From Candidatus Scalinduaceae bacterium (GTDB taxonomy: Bacteria; Planctomycetota; Brocadiia; Brocadiales; Scalinduaceae), in the NCBI GenBank assembly GCA_046759445.1, contig JBHICG010000017.1, positions 1 to 52,321 of the forward strand: a stretch of 52,321 nucleotides of DNA, written 5' to 3'. The position numbers were made by a program, and so were the translations under genes. Every line of letters starts with the position of its first letter. The stretch's first letter is position 1. A model generated the notes under the pieces. It ran no database searches. It worked only from the letters and a program-made list of their open reading frames with translations, and was not told the origin of the DNA. Below, piece by piece: positions 1 through 8,465 of this stretch.

Positions 1-124
1 GTGACCACATATCGATAAACCACTTGTAGTCATGGAAGGACTTGACCCCTTCCCTCCCCTTCCCTAAAAGTGACCACATATCGATAAACCACTTGTAGTC
101 ATGGAAGGACTTGACCCCTTCCCT
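1..124. repeat. Two identical 55-bp direct repeats (1-55, 70-124) containing GGACTTGACCCC, with a duplicated CCCCTTCCCT between them
   Basis: gtgaccacatatcgataaaccacttgtagtcatggaaggacttgaccccttccct occurs at 1 and 70; the array may continue past the left edge. Confidence 0.9.
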
Positions 125-915
125 ACAAAACCACGATTTCTAAGCTCTTGAATTAAAGAAACATGAATTGTAATACGCTGATTCTCCCACCACATATCAG
201 GTACATTTATAACGCAATGGCCTTTTGGTTTTAATAAAGGCAACAGTTTTTCATAAATGTCCCCCATTGCTTTAGTGTATTTTTCTAATGGCATGGTTCC
301 TAAATCTCTATCATCTTGAGAATATTGTTCAACCTTCATGTATTGTTCATTTTTCCTATCTCGGCGTGATTTGTTTTTTCGTTTTCTATTTAAAAGATTA
401 GCATAAGGTGGTGATGTCCATATTAAACTAACCGTGTTTTCATCAAGGTAGGATGAAATATGTAAAGCATCATCTTGAATTGCTATTTGTTTTGATTTAT
501 TAAATAAATTCTGATTGATAAGGCGTTTTTTGCATATTTCAATATATGATTCCTGTAAATCAAAACCTAGTGCGTTTCTATTTAAGTCTTGTGCCGCAAC
601 AAGGGTTGTGCCACTTCCGACAAATGGATCTAAAACCAACTCACTTTCATGTGTAAATAATTCGACAACTTTCTTAGCTAGAGAAATAGGAAATGTAGCA
701 GGATGAACTTCCTTTTTTCGTATATCTCTTTTTTCATAAAAAAATTGCCATACACCCAATTGGCTTTTAAGCCACTCTTTGGCTAGCATGCAGTTAATAT
801 GTGTTTTTTTGCATTCACATGTTCGTTCATAGCCAATTTTCAGCTTGTGTCGAAATAGATCACTATCCTCTTTGATTGTATAATTCTTCTCAACCTGTTG
901 GGTTTTTTGTCGCAC
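64..915 (-). pseudogene. N4/N6 DNA methyltransferase, C-terminus apparently truncated by the repeat
   Basis: Motifs HPATFP, VLDPFVGSGTT (SAM binding) and TSPPY (catalytic); the last ~20 aa (VGKGSSPSMTT...) are read from the repeat. Confidence 0.7.
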
Positions 916-1193
916 GATTATCCTTTCAATATTTTATAGAAATTTGTTAAATTCAAATGCCCTGTATATCAGATTTTCTAAAATTATGCCAACAAACTTA
1001 CCCGCCCAACATTACTTTTTATGTTGCTGCAATATATAGCTAAACTTATCTTTTATTAGTTTCCTACCAATCTATTTATTTTACAAAACCTTATAAAATA
1101 CATGGTAAGTTGTTAGCTTTTGCCGTATAAACGTAAATATTTAACATTATATTGAATAACTACTTTGATAAAGTCAAGCCTTTACTACTCATT

Positions 1194-3425
1194 TCATTCA
1201 TCATTTAAAAAGGGCTTAAATTTTTCATAGAGGTTCTGTAGCTTCTTTTTATAATGTTCCACATTTTCATCCGGTTTCTTTGGATTCCATTCCGAAGCGA
1301 GTTTGCAATTATCAAACACCCTTACTTTACTATTTTTTCCTGTTACATAATAAGAAATCTGGTCACCAGGCTGATAGTTGCGTTTCGATTTAATAGCCAA
1401 TTCATATGCAGCCGCAGCGCTTCTCTTTTTGCTTTTTACCTTTTCACTGTAAGTAGAAAGAGATTCCTGTAAAGTCTCTCTTTTTACAAACATCTTTTTA
1501 TCCCACTTATGATTTTCAAGCTCATCGGTATATTTTTCCAGAAGATTACGCACCTCTTTGCCTTTTCCTTTAAGTAAGAGATAAATCATTTCTTCCATAA
1601 ACTTACGTTGAAATAACTCCAGCCCCCTGGAACGCAGTCCAGAACCCTTAATAATCATCCTGTCATCGTAATCAAGGAGCACATAATTCTTAATCTTATA
1701 GCTAAACATGGCCTTATATCTTCCAGCCAATTCGAGGTTTATACCTGCGGGTAATGTATTTGATAATTCTTCAACGAGTTTTTCTTCTTCCTTTTCCTTT
1801 GTAATGTTTTCAGGTGGTACAAAGTAAATACCGTCTGTATCAATCTCGATCACCTTACAATTACTATCCTCTAACCATTCAATCATGGACTTGATAAGGG
1901 CCCTTCCCTTTGCTGTCACCTTATTCGCCTTATCAAAATCACTGAAGTGACCATAGGCAAACCCCAGATAACCATAAAATGAATTTATAAGTATTTTAAA
2001 AGTTGCCTGAAGTGCGTCAAAATACATCTTTTCCGCCTTTGTTTTTGCAATATTAACCATTTCTTTTGCCTTCAATCGGAAATCCTTCAGGTCTTCTAGC
2101 AATGAGCGAAAGATATGAAGCTCATCCTTTTTTGGAAAATATTTGAAGGTCAGCATAATGGATGGATACAACGATTGAACATCGCAATACAGAATTCTAT
2201 TAACCACGCCCTGATAAAATATGTCAGTATATCCACCGGAATATTCTTTTGCCTGAGGTGGCTGGGGAATTGAATGATTTGAGCTTATGTACTCTCTTAT
2301 GAAAAGTGAATCAATCTTTGTTGCGTTACCCCTTATTATGACATTTTGAAACGAATAAGGAAAAATCTGGGTCTGGTAAAAAAAGCCTTGACTTAATATT
2401 TCACTTATAGCCCTGGTCTCTCTGACGTCGTCCATCGCATATTTTAGAAGCTCATCCGGTTTATTATCATAATACCAGTTTATCATTTCCGGCTTTATAT
2501 ACGTCCTTCCATGAGGGGCAACATTAAAGTGCTTTGCTATAACTTTTAAACCATAGCTCTCCAGGCTCCTGGCAGTAACATCATACATCTGTGCAAGTAA
2601 ATATGTATCTACAATATGACGACCGTACGCTTCAAATTTTCTGTAAGAAATTGCACGCTCTGCAATATTTAAACGAGATGGATGAGACTTTAGGATTTGC
2701 TTATTGCGACCAATAGTTAAAGGAACTTTATGTCTTTTTGCACGTGTTTCTATGTAAGTCAGATCAAAATTAAATACATTATGTCCCTCTATAACATCAG
2801 GGTCCTTTGAATTAATTTGTTCAACCATAATTTCCAGCATTTTCTTCTCATCAAATTCTTTTCCTGAAATTATATATTCCCATCCTCTGCTATCTGAAAG
2901 AGATATCACTGTAATTCTGTCTTCCTCCCTTTGAGGGTTTGAAAACTCATATCCCTCAGCACAATACGTTTCAATGTCAAGTTGAAGCCTAACCAAATCA
3001 CCAAACGACATTTCCTTAAATAGCGTTTGCCCTGTAAGAAGAAGGTACTGATGAACCGGGTCGTTTAAATAATAAAACGGCGTACCAAAACTTGCCGGAG
3101 TAGCGCCTGTGGTTTTCTTTAAATGTTTCATCAAATGTTGCAAATCAGTCCAATTGTTCAAGAAAATCAGGTATTTATAATATTCACCCCCCTTAAGCTT
3201 TTTTGCCTCATACGTACCCTTCCAACCATTTATATATCCTGTGTCTTCCAAAAAAATAAACGGTTTGAATGTTTCTATCCTGGATGTTACTTTATTTCCT
3301 TTACGAATAAATATCTCCATACTACTGTTACCATCATACTCCACTGCCGTAATAAAGGGTGTAGAATCATGTCCAAAGAGAATTTCGTTTTTGTGAAAAT
3401 AAACCTTTTGAAACTTCATATCCAT
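1194..3425 (-). CDS. polB: Family B DNA polymerase with 3'-5' exonuclease domain
   Basis: Exo motifs LDIET, GHNVFNFDL, YAMDD; polymerase motifs DVQSLYPS, KILINSFYG, IDTDG. Confidence 0.92.
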   Translation of the reverse strand: MDMKFQKVYFHKNEILFGHDSTPFITAVEYDGNSSMEIFIRKGNKVTSRIETFKPFIFLEDTGYINGWKGTYEAKKLKGGEYYKYLIFLNNWTDLQHLMKHLKKTTGATPASFGTPFYYLNDPVHQYLLLTGQTLFKEMSFGDLVRLQLDIETYCAEGYEFSNPQREEDRITVISLSDSRGWEYIISGKEFDEKKMLEIMVEQINSKDPDVIEGHNVFNFDLTYIETRAKRHKVPLTIGRNKQILKSHPSRLNIAERAISYRKFEAYGRHIVDTYLLAQMYDVTARSLESYGLKVIAKHFNVAPHGRTYIKPEMINWYYDNKPDELLKYAMDDVRETRAISEILSQGFFYQTQIFPYSFQNVIIRGNATKIDSLFIREYISSNHSIPQPPQAKEYSGGYTDIFYQGVVNRILYCDVQSLYPSIMLTFKYFPKKDELHIFRSLLEDLKDFRLKAKEMVNIAKTKAEKMYFDALQATFKILINSFYGYLGFAYGHFSDFDKANKVTAKGRALIKSMIEWLEDSNCKVIEIDTDGIYFVPPENITKEKEEEKLVEELSNTLPAGINLELAGRYKAMFSYKIKNYVLLDYDDRMIIKGSGLRSRGLELFQRKFMEEMIYLLLKGKGKEVRNLLEKYTDELENHKWDKKMFVKRETLQESLSTYSEKVKSKKRSAAAAYELAIKSKRNYQPGDQISYYVTGKNSKVRVFDNCKLASEWNPKKPDENVEHYKKKLQNLYEKFKPFLNDE

Positions 3426-3994
3426 TTAAACCTCACACCTTTACTATTAAAGGAAAGACTCCCTATGTCATAATTGTTTACACTCAACCTGTTATCTGAT
3501 TTTTCAATATAATGTCTAAGTATACTCTCAATAACTCCGTAATGAGTCATAAACAGGGATGTTTTCCCATTATATTTACGTAAAATCCTCTCAACAAAAT
3601 CTATTACTCTTTTTCTAAATGTATCACCGCTTTCACCTTCCGGGTAGAACTTCCATGTATGGTTTTTATGAAACATTATGATCTCCTTTACATCATCGAT
3701 CTTCCTACCAGTAAGCTGACCAAAATCTAATTCTCTTATATCTGTACAATAATTGACATTAACATTAACATTCAATTCCCTTAATAATATCTCAAGGCTT
3801 TTCCTGGCCCTTCTAAGGTCACTACAAAAAACTGCATCTAAAACAATACCCTTAAGTTTCTTAGCTCTGTTCTTTGTAGCAATTATCCCTTCCCGAGTCA
3901 AAGGAGAATCATTCTGTCCCTGTATAATCCTATTGACATTATCCACAGTCTGACCATGTCTTAGAAGATATAAGGTTGTTTTATTCTCAACCAT
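3416..3994 (-). CDS. Histidine phosphatase (phosphoglycerate mutase-like) family protein
   Basis: LLRHGQT, SDLRRA, RELDFG, THYGVI; overlaps the polB start. Confidence 0.9.
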   Translation of the reverse strand: MVENKTTLYLLRHGQTVDNVNRIIQGQNDSPLTREGIIATKNRAKKLKGIVLDAVFCSDLRRARKSLEILLRELNVNVNVNYCTDIRELDFGQLTGRKIDDVKEIIMFHKNHTWKFYPEGESGDTFRKRVIDFVERILRKYNGKTSLFMTHYGVIESILRHYIEKSDNRLSVNNYDIGSLSFNSKGVRFKWI

Positions 3995-4028
3995 AGAGTA
4001 CTACTGTAAGTGTATTAAATAAATAGAC

Positions 4029-4109
4029 AAATCCCCCTCATTCCCCCCACTTCTTGCTTTCGCATCGTGCCGATACGGTGCAAGAAGTGGGGGGGATACA
4101 GGGGGATTT
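4029..4109. repeat. GC-rich palindromic element (AAATCCCCC...GGGGGATTT family)
   Basis: aaatccccct..ccccccacttcttgc pairs with gcaagaagtggggggg..agggggattt; relatives at 8758 and 33282. Confidence 0.8.
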
Positions 4110-4219
4110 ATTTAATTTTAATAATAAGAGATTTTACAGAGTAATAATATAACATGCATTTTATTATTCGACAAATATTTGTCCTGTGCAAATAAACATA
4201 ATTTTTCAATTGATTTATT

Positions 4220-4390
4220 GCCGGTTCAATCTTGCACATTGAACCGAAACATTTAGGTTCAGGCTACAAGCCTGAACCAGCGTTAACTAGTTTCAGAATA
4301 TATATAAATCAATCCTGAATCAAGTTCAGGATCAAAGACCCTGAAACGGTACTGAAATACATTCAGCACAGGGTTCAGGGTGACAATACA
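4220..4390. repeat. Cluster of short REP-like palindromes
   Basis: cggttcaat/attgaaccg, ggttcaggct/agcctgaacc, atcctgaa/ttcaggat, accctgaa/ttcagggt. Confidence 0.65.
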
Positions 4391-4533
4391 TTGTTTCAGC
4401 AACAACTAATTACTATTCTATTCTTCTTCAAATTATTTTCCAGTAGAAATAAATCTTATTTGTACTCAATGCAAAATACACTGATTTCAATTTTACTTGA
4501 TAATTTAAGGTAATTTCCTATAGAATTGACTTT

Positions 4534-5727
4534 ATGAATCTGGTACCAAAAGAATTATTCGAATATATGGTTTCTATACGCCGCCGTATACACAAACATC
4601 CAGAGCTTGCATACCAGGAAGAAAATACTGCAGCAATTATTATAGAAGAACTAAACAAACTTGGTATAGAAGCAAATACAGGAATCGGAAAGACTGGTGT
4701 AATAGGTCGCATTTGTTCATCACATAATGCGGATCCCGCAGTGGCGTTAAGAGCTGACATGGATGCATTAGCCATTAACGAGAAAACAGGTCTTGAATTT
4801 GCATCTGAAATAAATGGTGTAATGCATGCCTGTGGTCATGATGGACACATTGCAATGCTCCTGGGAGCAGCAACTTTACTAAAGGAATCAATCAAAACTG
4901 GAAGTGTATTACTCGTATTTCAGCCAGCAGAAGAAGGAGGCGGCGGAGCTCAAAAAATTATGGACTCAGGATTACTTGCCAAAGCAGATGCAATTTTTGC
5001 CTGTCATCTGGACAGACATTTTAAGGTCGGAGAGTTAGTTGTACAGCAAGGTCCTATTTCGGCATTTACAGATAGATTCGACATCAACGTAAAGGGTAAA
5101 GGTGGCCATGCGGCACAACCACACGATACAGTTGATGCCATCGTAATAGCCAGTCTAATCGTAATGACTTTGCAGACAATCGTATCCAGAGAAGTAAACC
5201 CTATCCATCCATCTATCATATCAGTTGGCAAAATAGAAGGAGGTTCGGTACCCAACGCCGTAGCAGATAGTGCCAGACTTTCAGGTACAATACGTACAAC
5301 TGAAACACACGTGCGAAAACAGATAAAAGCAGGAATTCAACGCATCGCCAATGCGGCAGGCACACTCCATAATGCAGACGTTAAGGTTGAGTTTATAGAG
5401 GGGTATCCGTCTGTAATTAATACCATTGAAGAATCAAAGATTGCCCGACAGGCAGTCATAAATGCTATCGGAGACGAGGCGCTCGTTGATACCCAATACG
5501 TAACTATGGGAGGTGAAGACTTTTCCTTTTATCTTGAAAAAATCCCAGGATGTCTTGTAAGGTTAGGAGCACAGAAGGTTGGTCTTGAAAATGTTCCCGC
5601 ACACAGCTCTACCTTCGATTTTGATGAAAATGCTCTTGGTATTGGCGCTGTTTTCCTTGCAGAAGTTGCAAAATTATCTATTGACCATCTGATAAAGAAA
5701 ACGGCTGGCTCATCTTCCACCAACTAG
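4534..5727 (+). CDS. M20 family amidohydrolase (M20D type)
   Basis: HPELAYQE, LRADMDAL, MHACGHDGH, FQPAEEG, GGHAA, GEDFS. Confidence 0.93.
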   Translation: MNLVPKELFEYMVSIRRRIHKHPELAYQEENTAAIIIEELNKLGIEANTGIGKTGVIGRICSSHNADPAVALRADMDALAINEKTGLEFASEINGVMHACGHDGHIAMLLGAATLLKESIKTGSVLLVFQPAEEGGGGAQKIMDSGLLAKADAIFACHLDRHFKVGELVVQQGPISAFTDRFDINVKGKGGHAAQPHDTVDAIVIASLIVMTLQTIVSREVNPIHPSIISVGKIEGGSVPNAVADSARLSGTIRTTETHVRKQIKAGIQRIANAAGTLHNADVKVEFIEGYPSVINTIEESKIARQAVINAIGDEALVDTQYVTMGGEDFSFYLEKIPGCLVRLGAQKVGLENVPAHSSTFDFDENALGIGAVFLAEVAKLSIDHLIKKTAGSSSTN

Positions 5728-7886
5728 GGAGTGATATCTTTGATATGAGAAAGAATTTTCAAAAACCCCTTACTTTGTGTGGCTAACTTGTCCAGTTCTC
5801 TTATATGTTCATCTCTCAATTCCAATGATAATATCTCTTCACTCAACTGACTATTATCCATATTACCTGCTCCATACAACTTATCAGCAATAGCAACCTT
5901 AGCCTCAGCAGACAGATCAGAATTGATTATGACACCTCTTAGATTGACGTCCTCTCTACTTTCATTAGCCACCGTTTTCTGAAACAACCTGTCTTCTTCA
6001 CTCAGCCTTCCGACCACTTCACCTATATCTATCGATAATACTTCGGCAGTACGCCCTGTGACTGCTAGAACGCCTCGTTTAAATCCTAGGGTATCCTCTT
6101 CACTGGCCATGTGGGAGATTGTTCCCTTCTGCTGTGTTGTTAAAGATAACATCTTATTCCGCCTAAGATAAGTAAGAGTATAATGAGTAAGTTTTCTGGA
6201 AGAATCTACAATGTGAATATCTTTGCCTAAAAAACGTCTCCAAATATCATGTACTGCTTGTTCGAATACACCGTAATGAGTGCAGCCCAGAATAAGGGTA
6301 TCAATATTTTTCTCTATTAGAGGACGTAAATTTGCCTCAAGGATGGCTATAGTTCTTTCGTTCAGCGCCTTAGAATCCATTCTGTCAAACTCTACCATAT
6401 CAACTATAGTAGCTAACAACGGTGTTACAACGCTAAATATCTTTGCTTCTGGATCCTGATTTTTTATTTCCCGTATGTAGGCACCACTCTCTATCGTAGC
6501 TTTTGTCGCGATAATTCCTATAATCCTTGTCTTTATTCCCTTCGTTTTTCCAAAGCTTAAGGCTGCCTTAACAGCAGGTTCAATGGGACCAAGAATAGGA
6601 ATGGAAAATTCCTTAACTACCGTGGCTCTAGCATTAGCATCCATTGTGTTACAAAGGAGAACGATCTTAGCGCCTAAGTTATAAGCAGCCTCTACATATA
6701 TCCTACAAAGTTGCTTAATCCTTTTAGACGAACTTCCTCCAAGCCGCTTTGATAATACGCTGATTAAGACAACATCCTCTCTATCAAGACCTTTCAGCTT
6801 TGATAAATTCTCTTGTCCAATTGCAGGTGCAACTCCTGTGTCTAGGACTACGATTTGTCCATTAGGTTTATAGTCCCTAAACGGAAGGTACATCACGGCA
6901 AGAAGTCTTTTGATGGCCAGTATATCTTTGGCAATGGATGGCACCACCCCATATTTCTCATCAATTCTTGACACTTGTTTCCTGTAATGTTTTCCAGCCT
7001 TCGATATTTTAGAGACTAGTTCCTTCATCGCAATCGCGCCTCTTTTTGTCGCTCTCCACTCCTTCAGCCACATTAGTGCAGCATCATGATAGGGAGTTGC
7101 GAGTATTATTGCTTTATCTTTATCCCTTTCTTTTGTCTTCTTTTCCTCTTCCATTTGGTCATGTACTTTATACAAAGTATCAAGTAACTCTTTATCCTTA
7201 GGTGCCAGTAGATGTTTTAAAAGTAATGTTTTCAGCGCTTCATCCTCTACCCAGTTTAGTATCTGCTCATCAGTAGTTACACCATCCGGTTCAGGCCAGA
7301 AACCATCAGGACTCATAATGCGGTATTTGGTAAGTCTGTAACCTATCTCCCTTGAGAGCCTTGCTATCTCAGTCTTTGTCATGTGAAGTTCTACTGTTTG
7401 GGTTTGTCCTCTATTTTTATTAACATCTATCAGAGCTACGGCACAGCCAGCTCCCCCTAACTTCACATTATGAAGAGCATGGTACAAACTCTTTTCCATA
7501 GCTAATATCTCCACTTCCTCAAGAACCAGCTTTTCCACAATATCCTTTACATCCTCCAAAGAAGTCTTTCCAATTCTTTTAGGAAGATAGACTTGCTTGA
7601 TAAACTTTAGGACGCCCTGTCCGGGACCAAATGCAAGATTATGCTGAACAAGGAAGAGTTTAATTGGTTTGGTATTACCATCATCCATATTCAGGTCGAT
7701 TGTGTCTATAAATCTCTGCCTTGGCTCTTCCAATTGCTCGAATAAATGATGATGTATATTGAAGAAATTTTTATCTCTCTCTTGGAGAACGAGCTTGACT
7801 TTGGCGATACGACGATGTATTTTCCTTAAGGTAGTTGGTTTCTTTCGTTTTTTGCTAATTTCATGCTTTATGTGATCTGATGACAT
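5724..7886 (-). CDS. Fusion of a degenerate Glu-dehydrogenase substrate/dimerisation domain and a glutamate racemase (MurI-like) domain
   Basis: N-terminal VQHNLAFGPGQG, LGGAGC and PEPDGVTT align to GDH motifs; C-terminal LDTG, LCNT, IGIIATKATIESGAY and LGCTHYG are racemase motifs. Confidence 0.8.
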   Translation of the reverse strand: MSSDHIKHEISKKRKKPTTLRKIHRRIAKVKLVLQERDKNFFNIHHHLFEQLEEPRQRFIDTIDLNMDDGNTKPIKLFLVQHNLAFGPGQGVLKFIKQVYLPKRIGKTSLEDVKDIVEKLVLEEVEILAMEKSLYHALHNVKLGGAGCAVALIDVNKNRGQTQTVELHMTKTEIARLSREIGYRLTKYRIMSPDGFWPEPDGVTTDEQILNWVEDEALKTLLLKHLLAPKDKELLDTLYKVHDQMEEEKKTKERDKDKAIILATPYHDAALMWLKEWRATKRGAIAMKELVSKISKAGKHYRKQVSRIDEKYGVVPSIAKDILAIKRLLAVMYLPFRDYKPNGQIVVLDTGVAPAIGQENLSKLKGLDREDVVLISVLSKRLGGSSSKRIKQLCRIYVEAAYNLGAKIVLLCNTMDANARATVVKEFSIPILGPIEPAVKAALSFGKTKGIKTRIIGIIATKATIESGAYIREIKNQDPEAKIFSVVTPLLATIVDMVEFDRMDSKALNERTIAILEANLRPLIEKNIDTLILGCTHYGVFEQAVHDIWRRFLGKDIHIVDSSRKLTHYTLTYLRRNKMLSLTTQQKGTISHMASEEDTLGFKRGVLAVTGRTAEVLSIDIGEVVGRLSEEDRLFQKTVANESREDVNLRGVIINSDLSAEAKVAIADKLYGAGNMDNSQLSEEILSLELRDEHIRELDKLATQSKGFLKILSHIKDITP

Positions 7887-8202
7887 CTCAACCTCTTACT
7901 AGATTACCACATATATAAATTATTGACCAAAGGGGGTTAATTTATAACCTTACTTGTTAATTGATACGCATGCAATAAAAATCAAAATATTCGATTACTA
8001 TCTAGAGCCCAACGCAACTTTATAAAACTATTGTGCCATATGTAAAGAATTCTTTTTGCTAAATTATATTTCACACGGTCATAATTTAAGCTTTTTTAAT
8101 AAAAGGCTGAAACCCTGGCGTGTCGCCAAGGCAGGACTATATTCCTGGGGACTTAAGGATTTTGCCTTTTATTTCATTGCTTTCCTGCAAGAACTTCATT
8201 AA

Positions 8203-8454
8203 GTAAATAGTCTAATTTTTAACAATGAGGAAAGAGCTGATACCGTTAGAAGAGTAGAATTAGAGTTTGTTGTATCAGACGATAAAGTTGAAAAGGTTAT
8301 AGAAACTATTAGGAGTGTTGCTGCAACTGATCAAGGAGGTGATGGACGAACATACATATCAACTTTGGACGTTTCAATCCTTATTCATTCAGGTGATAAA
8401 CATCTGGGGGACGACAGTGAAAAAGGTTTATTGACTGATAAATTTGACAAATAA
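8203..8454 (+). pseudogene. 5'-truncated relic of a P-II paralog (copy of the 22517-22900 type)
   Basis: Not in the ORF track; reads ERADTVRRVELEFVVSDDKVEKVIETIRSVAATDQGGDGRTYISTLDVSILIHSGDKHLGDDSE*; no ATG; in-frame stop at 8200-8202. Confidence 0.85.
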
Positions 8455-8465
8455 GATGATGGCGC

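Noticed and set aside
1..124. CRISPR array
   Set aside because: Only two 55-bp units separated by 14 nt that partly duplicate the repeat; no unique spacers and no cas genes
1194..3425. Prophage, casposon or pipolin polymerase
   Set aside because: No integrase, cas1, structural genes or terminal repeats nearby
8022..8038. sigma54 promoter for the racemase fusion (minus strand TGGCACAATAG...)
   Set aside because: Good -24 element but no GC at the -12 position
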